IMG/VR virus record: IMGVR_UViG_3300048134_000198
Length of the DNA: 44,377 nt
Direction: 5' to 3' (one strand)
DNA from: a virus
Shown: positions 17,984 through 25,257 of the stretch, piece after piece
Position numbering within the stretch: the stretch's first letter is position 1
Layout: each line of letters begins with the position of its first letter
Position numbers and translations under genes: made by a program
Notes under the pieces: model-generated
The model's database searches: none
Told to the model about the DNA's origin: nothing
The model's input: only the letters and a program-made list of their open reading frames with translations

Positions 17984-18316
17984 TTAGTCGTCGTTAGTTG
18001 TCCACTGGATGGGGTTGCCGTTTTCGGTGGTCCACTGGACGTCGAAGGTGACGTGGTTGAAGAGGAGTTCGTCCATGTCGGGGTCGTAGCCGAGTGCTTG
18101 CTGGTCCTGGTATTTCAGCATGGCGCGCTCAAGAAGTGGCTGCGGCAGTTCGACGGTGGCTTCCCGCGCCTCCATGCGGGGGAGTTTGACGTCGAGGTGC
18201 AGGCGAATCGCACGCTCGATGTAGTCCGAGACGGTTTCGTCGTCGCGGGCTTCGAGTTCGATCCAGTCGGCGAGCGGTTCGGTGACCTCGATCTCGATAA
18301 TCCGCGTCCCTGTCAT
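17984..18316 (-). CDS. A1: 110-aa ribbon-helix-helix-like protein
   Basis: IEIEV-helix-ETVSDYIERAIRLHL pattern; paralog of B1. Confidence 0.75.
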   Translation of the reverse strand: MTGTRIIEIEVTEPLADWIELEARDDETVSDYIERAIRLHLDVKLPRMEAREATVELPQPLLERAMLKYQDQQALGYDPDMDELLFNHVTFDVQWTTENGNPIQWTTNDD

Positions 18317-18429
18317 AGGCTGTCGAGGAAGGCTTGGCAGTCGTGGTCGTCGATGCGTTCGGGCAGCCCGACAGCACCACACACCATGCACTCCTGTAAT
18401 TCGGGGCCAACGCAAGTGTCGTCGGTCAT
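18313..18429 (-). CDS. A2: 38-aa Zn-finger microprotein
   Basis: MTDDTCVGPELQECMVCGAVGLPERIDDHDCQAFLDSL; 36/38 identical to B2. Confidence 0.75.
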   Translation of the reverse strand: MTDDTCVGPELQECMVCGAVGLPERIDDHDCQAFLDSL

Positions 18430-18431
18430 GG

Positions 18432-18611
18432 TTAGGTGTGCTGGCAGCCGGGGGCGTGGTCGAAGTTCTGGACGCCGTCGGCGAGGACTTCCCGATTACA
18501 GTCGGGGCAGCGGTAGTAGCGTCGGCCGCCTTGGGCGAGTGGTTCGATGTACGGTCCGTCTAGGTGGGTCGTGGGGTCAGTCTTACATGACCTGGAAGCG
18601 TTCGTACTCAT
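18432..18611 (-). CDS. A3: 59-aa CxxC...HxxxC microprotein
   Basis: MSTNASRSCKTDPTT...YRCPDC...HAPGC; shares its N-terminus with B3. Confidence 0.65.
   Translation of the reverse strand: MSTNASRSCKTDPTTHLDGPYIEPLAQGGRRYYRCPDCNREVLADGVQNFDHAPGCQHT
18567..18605. repeat. 39-bp direct repeat copy 1 (38/39 identical to 21632-21670), contains GGTCA-N8-TGACC
   Basis: Direct comparison. Confidence 0.85.
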
Positions 18612-18631
18612 GGGTTCTTGGCTACTCGTTG

Positions 18632-18687
18632 GGAACCCGGGTCCGGTGTTCTAGCACCGGGCCGCTTTCTGCGGCACCCCGCGTTCC
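18632..18687 (-). promoter_or_regulatory. conserved three-way-junction 5' leader, copy A
   Basis: Outer stem, GCCGC-AGAAA-GCGGC, CCGGTG-CTAGAA-CACCGG; begins ~26 nt downstream of TTTTATA. Confidence 0.65.
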
Positions 18688-18690
18688 TAC

Positions 18691-18749
18691 TTGGTTGTAT
18701 GTGCCCAGCCAGTATAAAACTTGGCCTATACAACCAACCTTGGTTGTAT
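18691..18749. promoter_or_regulatory. divergent promoter with operator: TTGGTTGTAT...ATACAACCAA-CC-TTGGTTGTAT
   Basis: Perfect 10-bp palindrome arms plus a third half-site flanking the TATA. Confidence 0.65.
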
Positions 18750-18788
18750 CGGCCCATTTATGGGCCTACGTCACCAACACCGAATTGT

Positions 18789-19013
18789 ATGAGCACCACA
18801 AACCAGACGTCCATGGGAACTGGACGCGGCATCCTCACCGACTACGAACGCGACTGCCTCGCCGGCGAACACGAAAAACAGCGCGAATACGAAGCCCGCT
18901 CCCGAATCCGCGCGCGCCTCGACGGCCCGCTCGCAGAGGACATCCAGCACCTCAAAGAACACGACCCCGACCTGCTCGAAGAACTCCGCGACGTCGTCTG
19001 CCAGGAGGACTAA
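18789..19013 (+). CDS. A0: 74-aa small putative regulator
   Basis: GRGILTDYER...HDPDLLEELRDVVC; paralog of B0. Confidence 0.8.
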   Translation: MSTTNQTSMGTGRGILTDYERDCLAGEHEKQREYEARSRIRARLDGPLAEDIQHLKEHDPDLLEELRDVVCQED

Positions 19014-19015
19014 CC

Positions 19016-20224
19016 ATGCCCAAAACCCGCGACGACGTCGAACCCTGGCAGGACAAGGAAACTCTCGAATGGGCGTACCACGAGAAAGACAAATCCCGCA
19101 GAGAAGTTGGCGACTTGTTGGGCTGCTCTGGCGGGGCTATACGATACCGGATGGACAAGTACGGTATCGAAGCTGACCCAGGCCCCAACCGGGAAGGGCC
19201 GTGGCGAGACAAAGAGACTCTCAAACGCGAGTACATCGAGAAGGAACGCCCGATGAGCGAACTCGCCGACGCCTGGGACACCGGCATCGCAACTATCTCT
19301 CGGTGGTGCGATGAGCACGACCTCGAAACTCGCGACCGTTCCCAGTCTGGCGAGGATCACTGGAACTGGAAAGGGGGGCGGTCATACCATGGGGCGGCCG
19401 GTGAACCCCGCGACTGTCCGGTCTGCGGCGAAGAGTTCAAGCCGACCGATTCCCGGCAGATAACCTGCTCACGGTCTTGTGCGGCTGAACGCCTCAAAGA
19501 CCGCGTGACGAAAACCTGTGAGACGTGCGGCGAGGACTTCGAAGTCCTCAACTGCCGGGAGGAGACCGCACGGTACTGTTCCCGTGACTGTAAGCCCATC
19601 CCGGAGGACTTCCCGGGGCGGGAGATCGACGGGCTGGTCACACTCGAATGCGAGTGGTGCGGCGACAGCTTCGAGGTCTATCCATCGAAGACTCATCGGC
19701 GGTTCTGCGGGCAGGAGTGCATGGAAGAGTGGTCCAGTTCACGGACGGGCCCCGATCATCCAAACTGGGAAGAAAAGAGTGTGGTAGACTGCCATACATG
19801 CGGCGAGGAAATTGAACTCGCTCCCTGGCAGATAGGCCGGGCAGAACGTAGATTCTGCTCACTTGAGTGCCGGAAAGAATGGCTGTCGGAACACTACAGC
19901 GACCGCTGGACTGGGTCCGACCATCCGAATTGGAAAGGTGGTGTCAAGCCGTACGGCGAAGGCTGGAATGACACCAAGCGAAAGAAGGTCCGCGTTCGTG
20001 ACCAGGCCCGGTGCCAGGATTGTGGGATGACCGAAGCCGACCACGTCGAAGAGCACGGGGAAAAACCACATGTGCATCACGTGGTGCCGGCTCGGGAGTT
20101 CGACGAACCCGAGGAGCGGAACGCGATGGCGAACCTGATTACGCTCTGCCGGAGCTGCCACCTCGGGAAGTGGGAGTCGATGCCCGGACTCCGGCCGGAT
20201 ACCCGCGAACAGACTGCCGACTAA
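19016..20224 (+). CDS. HNH endonuclease A (HTH repeats, CxxC...CSxxC repeats, NWKGG motifs, C-terminal HNH)
   Basis: CQDCG...HVHHVVP...NAMANLITLCRSCH. Confidence 0.9.
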   Translation: MPKTRDDVEPWQDKETLEWAYHEKDKSRREVGDLLGCSGGAIRYRMDKYGIEADPGPNREGPWRDKETLKREYIEKERPMSELADAWDTGIATISRWCDEHDLETRDRSQSGEDHWNWKGGRSYHGAAGEPRDCPVCGEEFKPTDSRQITCSRSCAAERLKDRVTKTCETCGEDFEVLNCREETARYCSRDCKPIPEDFPGREIDGLVTLECEWCGDSFEVYPSKTHRRFCGQECMEEWSSSRTGPDHPNWEEKSVVDCHTCGEEIELAPWQIGRAERRFCSLECRKEWLSEHYSDRWTGSDHPNWKGGVKPYGEGWNDTKRKKVRVRDQARCQDCGMTEADHVEEHGEKPHVHHVVPAREFDEPEERNAMANLITLCRSCHLGKWESMPGLRPDTREQTAD

Positions 20225-20232
20225 CACGCCCG

Positions 20233-20258
20233 CCGATGACCCCCGGAGGGGGCGAGGA
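20233..20258 (+). ncRNA. K-turn-like element K3
   Basis: CC-GAT-GA-C-CCC-GGAGG-GGG-C-GA-GG; canonical stem only 2 bp. Confidence 0.45.
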
Positions 20259-20314
20259 CCTGCAGCGAGATTTCTCACGACGATGAACACCACCCTACAG
20301 AGAGCTACCGCCAC

Positions 20315-20839
20315 ATGACCGCAGAAACCGCCTGGGTCCTCGAGCAGTTCGCGAGCGTCGCAACAGACGTCGCCAACGAGTACACGCTCGAGAGTGGCGA
20401 CCCCGTCGAGTTGGAGCGCGTGAACCGGGACGAGTCCCGACTCCTCGAGCAGGACGTCCAATCCATCAGGGGCGACCTGGAGCAGGCGGCGTTCGTCGGC
20501 GCTACCCACGTCGACACTGTGGAGGAGCCGATGGGCAGCCAGTATGATCTCCAGCGGGAGGTCGTCGTCGGCGTCCGCGTCACGGGGCTTACCGCCCAGG
20601 GCTCGTACGGCCACATCGACCCCAGCGGCGAGGACGGCATCCCGTTCACTGGCGACGGCGGCCTCGTCCAGCGCTGCAAGGACGCACTCCTCTCGGAGCG
20701 CAAGTGGCCGGACGCCGGCCCCGCGGACGTCTCCTACCCGCACTTGGAGTTGCAGAATGAGGTGAACACCAGCCAGCAGTGGGCGGATTTCTACCGCTGG
20801 GACGCGGACGTAGTATTTAAAGGACACCGGGATTTGTAA
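20315..20839 (+). CDS. tail terminator/minor tail protein, 174 aa
   Basis: Acidic; position between gp10-like gene and tail tube once the cassettes are removed. Confidence 0.65.
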   Translation: MTAETAWVLEQFASVATDVANEYTLESGDPVELERVNRDESRLLEQDVQSIRGDLEQAAFVGATHVDTVEEPMGSQYDLQREVVVGVRVTGLTAQGSYGHIDPSGEDGIPFTGDGGLVQRCKDALLSERKWPDAGPADVSYPHLELQNEVNTSQQWADFYRWDADVVFKGHRDL

Positions 20840-20863
20840 CGATGTCTACGCCAACGACGCCAC

Positions 20864-20888
20864 AAGAAAAACCCCGGGCTACGGGGTT
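20864..20888 (-). terminator. terminator of cassette B minus-strand operon
   Basis: AACCCCG-TAGCC-CGGGGTT followed by a T-run on the minus strand. Confidence 0.6.
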
Positions 20889-21267
20889 AGTCGTCGTTAG
20901 TTGCCCATTCGATGGGGTTGCCGTGTTCGGTGATCCAGTTGACGTCGAAGTGGACGTAGTTGAAGAGGAAGTCGTCGGGGTTGACGTCGATGCCGCGGGC
21001 TTGGCAGTCTCGGTATTTGTAGGTGGCGCGTTCGAGGATTTCGTGGGGGATGGCGACGTCGACTTCGCCGGCGGTCATGGTGCCGTGGAGGTCTTCCTCA
21101 AGGCGGAGTTGGACTGTCTCGGCGATCCACTCTGGGACGCTGTAGTGGTCGCGTTTTTCGAGGAGGAGCCACTTGAGCATGGGCTGGGTGAGTTCGAGTT
21201 CGATGGTTGCCCAGTCGTCGCCGCGTGGTTCGATGTCGTCGAGGTTGTCGAAGTCGAGTTCGGTCAT
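20887..21267 (-). CDS. B1: 126-aa RHH-like protein
   Basis: Paralog of A1; both end in W-x-TNDD. Confidence 0.75.
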   Translation of the reverse strand: MTELDFDNLDDIEPRGDDWATIELELTQPMLKWLLLEKRDHYSVPEWIAETVQLRLEEDLHGTMTAGEVDVAIPHEILERATYKYRDCQARGIDVNPDDFLFNYVHFDVNWITEHGNPIEWATNDD

Positions 21268-21380
21268 AGGCTGTCGAGGAATCGCTGGCAGTCGTGGTCG
21301 TCGATGCGTTCGGGGAGGCCGACCGCGCCACACACGGGGCATTCCTGTAGTTCGGGGCCGACGCAAGTGTCGTCGGTCAT
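21264..21380 (-). CDS. B2: 38-aa CPxCG Zn-finger microprotein
   Basis: MTDDTCVGPELQECPVCGAVGLPERIDDHDCQRFLDSL. Confidence 0.78.
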   Translation of the reverse strand: MTDDTCVGPELQECPVCGAVGLPERIDDHDCQRFLDSL

Positions 21381-21676
21381 GGGTCGAGGGTGGCGGCGAT
21401 GGCGTTGCCGGGGGAGTCGAACATGTACTGGGTCGTCCAGCCGCGCTCCGTTCGGACGTAGTCCATCCATTCGTGGACGCTGCGGCCGTCGAGGGCTTCG
21501 ACGTGCTCGCGGTTGCCGTCCGCGTCGACGACGTGGATGGTTTCGTCGGTCGTGCGGTAGACGTGCGAAGCGTGCTCGGTGTCTACGCCGAGGCGGATGT
21601 AGGTTGGTCGCGGGTCGGTACGCCGGTTCGCGGTCGTGGGGTCAGTCTTACATGACCCGGAAGCGTTCGTTGACAT
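21377..21676 (-). CDS. B3: 99-aa hypothetical protein
   Basis: MSTNASGSCKTDPTT... then a body unrelated to A3. Confidence 0.7.
   Translation of the reverse strand: MSTNASGSCKTDPTTANRRTDPRPTYIRLGVDTEHASHVYRTTDETIHVVDADGNREHVEALDGRSVHEWMDYVRTERGWTTQYMFDSPGNAIAATLDP
21632..21670. repeat. 39-bp direct repeat copy 2 (GGGTCA-GTCTTACA-TGACCC)
   Basis: Direct comparison with 18567-18605. Confidence 0.85.
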
Positions 21677-21691
21677 GCTTCGGTGGTTGCC

Positions 21692-21748
21692 GAAGCGCGG
21701 GCGGGCGTCCAAGCGCCCGTCCACTTTCCTGTGGCAGTCCCGCGCTTC
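21692..21748 (-). promoter_or_regulatory. conserved three-way-junction 5' leader, copy B
   Basis: GAAGCGCGGG/CCCGCGCTTC closing CCAC-AGGAAA-GTGG and CGGGCG-CTTGGA-CGCCCG; ~26 nt downstream of TTAAGT. Confidence 0.65.
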
Positions 21749-21809
21749 TTACTGTATACAATAAGCCCCAGCCACTTAACCTTACCGAATACAGAAAGGC
21801 TTACTGTAT
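21748..21809. promoter_or_regulatory. divergent promoter with operator CTTACTGTAT...ATACAGAAAG-G-CTTACTGTAT
   Basis: Same layout as the cassette A operator, different half-site. Confidence 0.55.
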
Positions 21810-21853
21810 TGGGAAAGGTACAAGGTGGTGGGGAGAGTATTACCGAATGAAGT

Positions 21854-22084
21854 ATGAAAGCACCCACCGAACACGAGGCCATGTCCCAAGGACGCGGCCT
21901 CCTCACCGAACGCGAACGCGAGGCAATCGCCGGCGAGACCTCCGACTCGTACCGCTACAAGACTCGGTCGTTCTTCCGCGACCGGCTGGAGGCTCTTGAG
22001 GACGACGTCGACGTCCTCGAAGAACACGACCCCGAACTGCTCGAAGAACTCCGCGACGTCGTCTGCCGAGAGGAGGAGGACTAA
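21854..22084 (+). CDS. B0: 76-aa small putative regulator
   Basis: GRGLLTERER...HDPELLEELRDVVC. Confidence 0.8.
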   Translation: MKAPTEHEAMSQGRGLLTEREREAIAGETSDSYRYKTRSFFRDRLEALEDDVDVLEEHDPELLEELRDVVCREEED

Positions 22085-22089
22085 CACCT

Positions 22090-23271
22090 ATGCCCAAAAC
22101 CCGGCGCGACGTCAAACCCTGGCAAGACGAGGAAACCCTTCGGTGGGCATACCACGAAAAACACCTCTCGCAAGATGAGGCCGGACATCTCCTTGGCTGT
22201 TCAGGCAGAACAGTCGGAAATTGGATGTTTAGAAATGATATTGAGGCGCGCTTTGATGGCGGGCATGGGCAAAAGCGAGACATCTCCAAGGAGAAAGTTG
22301 AAGAATTATTTGTTGACCAAGAGATGTCTCCGTCCGAGGTTGCCGAAGCGTTGGATCGTTCGGAGAGTAACATTCAGGAATATATTCACGCATGGGGGTT
22401 GAAGGCGGAAGTGGACGGACCTTACGATTGTCCACAATGCCAGTTCTCATTTAACTCAGAAAAGGCGAAAAACACCCACTGTGCGAATGTACATGGGGAA
22501 TATACGGCACAACAAGCAGTTCCATGTGACAACTGCGGAGAGCAAACAACTAAATATAAATCTGAGATGGGCCGGTATGACTACCACTATTGTTCCCCTG
22601 AATGCCGCGAGAATCACCAGTCGACTCTCCCTCCTGAAGAACAACCCGCATGGAACGGTGGCAAAGTCACCGTCGAATGCGCCTACTGTGGTACTGAAAA
22701 GAAAGTCACTCCCTCCCGCGTTGAACAAACAGATAACTTCTTCTGTGATGGGGAATGCTACGGGAATTACAAATCGAGTGAAAATAGCCACCCAGAACCC
22801 AATACTTACACAGGCCCAAACCACCCGCAGTGGAACAGTATTGAGATTGAGTGTGATTGGTGTGGCGGAACTGACTACAAGCCCCCCGCAAGAATTGAAA
22901 GGAGTGAACAGGACTTCTGTTCGCCCGAATGCCACAATAAGTGGATGGCTGAAAACCAGGTTGGCCCAGCCCATCATCAGTGGGAGGGGGGAAGATTGGA
23001 CTACGGGAAGGGTTGGACGCCCAAAAAACGCCGCAAAGTCCGCTCCCATGCCGACTTCCAATGCGAGGACTGTGGAATGCCCCAAGAAGACCACTTAGAC
23101 TGGTGTAACCGGAAGCTCCACGTTCATCATGTTATCCCGGCTAGACAGTTCGACGATCCAGAAAAGCGAAACGCGGTAAGCAACCTTGTAGCCCTTTGCA
23201 TCCCTTGCCACAGGAAATGGGAGTCGATGCCAGGCCTCCGCCCGGATACTCGCGAACAGCCCGCTGACTAA
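22090..23271 (+). CDS. HNH endonuclease B
   Basis: Same architecture as HNH A; CEDCG...HVHHVIP...NAVSNLVALCIPCH; visibly more AT-rich interior. Confidence 0.9.
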   Translation: MPKTRRDVKPWQDEETLRWAYHEKHLSQDEAGHLLGCSGRTVGNWMFRNDIEARFDGGHGQKRDISKEKVEELFVDQEMSPSEVAEALDRSESNIQEYIHAWGLKAEVDGPYDCPQCQFSFNSEKAKNTHCANVHGEYTAQQAVPCDNCGEQTTKYKSEMGRYDYHYCSPECRENHQSTLPPEEQPAWNGGKVTVECAYCGTEKKVTPSRVEQTDNFFCDGECYGNYKSSENSHPEPNTYTGPNHPQWNSIEIECDWCGGTDYKPPARIERSEQDFCSPECHNKWMAENQVGPAHHQWEGGRLDYGKGWTPKKRRKVRSHADFQCEDCGMPQEDHLDWCNRKLHVHHVIPARQFDDPEKRNAVSNLVALCIPCHRKWESMPGLRPDTREQPAD

Positions 23272-23274
23272 CAC

Positions 23275-23317
23275 GCGGTCCTGATGACGCCCTGAAGCCC
23301 GGAGGGTCGAGGACTGC
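23275..23317 (+). ncRNA. K-turn-like element K4
   Basis: GCGGTCC-TGAT-GA-C-GCCCT...AGGGT-C-GA-GGACTGC (7-bp canonical stem). Confidence 0.6.
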
Positions 23318-23389
23318 CGGCACGCGACACACACGTTTTCACGAACTCATGACCATGAGCGACACGCACACGAATAGAGGTGGAACCAC

Positions 23390-24337
23390 ATGACCGGAGC
23401 AGGCAGTGTCAGTCACTTCTGCTTCGCAAAAGAACAACCCACCGCCGACGGTGAAGACCTCCCTGGCGACCTCGTCGACTCCGACAGCGACGGCACACCA
23501 GAATACTACGGCTGGGGGCGGAACGCAACCATCGCCGACCTCACCCTCAACCGGCAAGCCGACCGCCTGAACGACCCAACAGAAGTCGAATCCGTCGAAT
23601 CCACTCCCGGCAAGCTCGAAGGCACCCTCACCGTCGAGGGCACCGTCTCCGACCTCCAAACCCACCTCCACGACATCATCTTCTCCGATGGCAGTGGCTT
23701 CACGTCGGGCCAGCCACCACTCTCGCGCGTGTTCCTGGGCGTCTCCCATATCGACGGGAGTGTCGGCCGAGAGCTGCGTGGCTGCGTGCCCCAGGAATAC
23801 TCGCTGTCCTTCGATGATGACACGTCGACGGTGACGTATTCGCTGACGCTCGGCTTCGCCATGGAACCGGATACACCATCGACTATCGACCCATCGAATA
23901 TCACCACTGCGTCGACGGGGGAGACGGCACCGTTCCACGGGTTCTCGTTCAGCCTGGATTCAGCAACAGTCTCGAAGCTGTCGACATGCGAGCTCACGAT
24001 CAGCAATATCTCGCGGTACCACTACGGCCCGAATCAAGAGCCGGTGGACGCGACGATTGCGAAGCCCGAGGTGGAGGTCTCCGCCACGGCGATCTTCACG
24101 AGCGGGTCCGCGGATCGGCTGGAGCTCGCGTACGGCGGCAGTGGGGCGTCGAGTCTCCAGTCGGATCTGTCGTCGGTCAACGGTGAGATCGACGTCCAGG
24201 GGCCGAGTGGGAGTCTCGCATCGTACACGCTGCCGAGCGTGGCGCTCAACGAACAATCCTGGGAGAACGTGATCAGCGAAGAAGACACGACCGACAGTGT
24301 GACAGGGCACGTCAACGGCGGCATCGAGGTGGCCTAA
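23390..24337 (+). CDS. major tail (tube) protein
   Basis: 315 aa, S/T-rich beta pattern, two-domain tube-like layout, GAGGTGG SD, position before chaperone and tape measure. Confidence 0.8.
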   Translation: MTGAGSVSHFCFAKEQPTADGEDLPGDLVDSDSDGTPEYYGWGRNATIADLTLNRQADRLNDPTEVESVESTPGKLEGTLTVEGTVSDLQTHLHDIIFSDGSGFTSGQPPLSRVFLGVSHIDGSVGRELRGCVPQEYSLSFDDDTSTVTYSLTLGFAMEPDTPSTIDPSNITTASTGETAPFHGFSFSLDSATVSKLSTCELTISNISRYHYGPNQEPVDATIAKPEVEVSATAIFTSGSADRLELAYGGSGASSLQSDLSSVNGEIDVQGPSGSLASYTLPSVALNEQSWENVISEEDTTDSVTGHVNGGIEVA

Positions 24338-24339
24338 CG

Positions 24340-24948
24340 ATGGCACTCCAGACTGAGACGTACGATCTTGAGGCGGAGGTACAGCGGCTCGAGGACAAGA
24401 TCAGCGAACTCGACGACATCCTCTCTGGGATGACCGCCGACCACGATGCGCGTGGCGGGCTCGTCGAGACGAAACAACAGCTATCCATGCAGGCGAACGG
24501 CGTCCGGTGGGCCGCCCGTGAGGCTGCCGACGCGGACTACCTGCCGGATGGCCTCTGGGACGAGGACGTCGATGAGATCACGCTTGCCGGGCTGACGTTC
24601 GGCGAACGGTCCAAAGTGACGGACAACATCCCGGCGGACGCGGGCCGGGAGGCCCGCCGCGGGGAGTTCGTCGCGGCGGGGTCAGTGCATCCACGAGATG
24701 AGAGTATCGTGGATGACGAGGTGGTTGAGGTGCCGGCGCCGGCGCCGTACGTTGACCCGAAGCCGAGCGAGCAAACCGGCGAGGAACGCCTTGGCGTGGT
24801 TGGTCGGCTGCCGGCGCCGTATGTGGAGTGGGCGTTCGCGCGTGTCGACGAGTTGACTACTGTAGGGGGAAACGGGAGGCTGAACTTCGAGGCGTTGCGC
24901 GCGGAGATCGAAGCGACGTCTCCCGGGGGGTCGAGCGAGATCTCTTGA
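24340..24948 (+). CDS. tail assembly chaperone (0-frame product)
   Basis: Between tube and tape measure; contains a slippery heptamer. Confidence 0.75.
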   Translation: MALQTETYDLEAEVQRLEDKISELDDILSGMTADHDARGGLVETKQQLSMQANGVRWAAREAADADYLPDGLWDEDVDEITLAGLTFGERSKVTDNIPADAGREARRGEFVAAGSVHPRDESIVDDEVVEVPAPAPYVDPKPSEQTGEERLGVVGRLPAPYVEWAFARVDELTTVGGNGRLNFEALRAEIEATSPGGSSEIS

Positions 24949-25070
24949 AGGGGTTGGCGATGCTGAATGGCCACGATCCTCGGGAGATCGATGAGTATGC
25001 GTACCGTGATTTGGAGGTGATGGTGATTGTCGCCGACGAGAAAGGGACCGTGCCTGACGACCTGGGTTAG
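24867..25070 (+). CDS. -1 frameshift extension of the tail assembly chaperone (G-T type)
   Basis: G GGA AAC at 24867-24873 in correct phase; -1 frame open to 25070 (...LLKGLAMLNGHDPREID...). Confidence 0.75.
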   Translation, partial: GKREAELRGVARGDRSDVSRGVERDLLKGLAMLNGHDPREIDEYAYRDLEVMVIVADEKGTVPDDLG

Positions 25071-25213
25071 GAGAGTTCGACGGCGCGAACGATGAGGATC
25101 ATCACGGCGGCACCGCCGAGTACGACGGCGAGGATGAATCGCTGCGGCCACATCCCGCCAGCAATCACGGCGAGCGCGAGTAGCAGACCGGCGAAGGGGA
25201 TTGCGTCGTCCAT
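25067..25213 (-). CDS. 48-aa two-TM antisense microprotein
   Basis: MDDAIPFAGLLLALAVIAGGMWPQRFILAVVLGGAAVMILIVRAVELS; TTAAGTA ~24 nt upstream. Confidence 0.65.
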   Translation of the reverse strand: MDDAIPFAGLLLALAVIAGGMWPQRFILAVVLGGAAVMILIVRAVELS

Positions 25214-25257
25214 ACGAGCACGTTCAGAGCCGATTTACTTAACAGTATACCCACACG

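Larger units (their letters stand above)
17946..20224. mobile_element. accessory cassette A: minus-strand microprotein operon, divergent small regulator and HNH nuclease
   Basis: Paralogous in order and sequence to 20840-23271; interrupts the tail module. Confidence 0.7.
20840..23271. mobile_element. accessory cassette B (paralog of cassette A)
   Basis: Same gene order B1-B2-B3 <- -> B0-HNH. Confidence 0.7.

Noticed and set aside
17942-19015. 760-aa ORF 17942-20224 as a single protein
   Set aside because: The N-terminal 358 codons are the antisense shadow of A1-A3 and promoter DNA; the HNH starts at ATG 19016 after a GGAGG SD, matching paralog B
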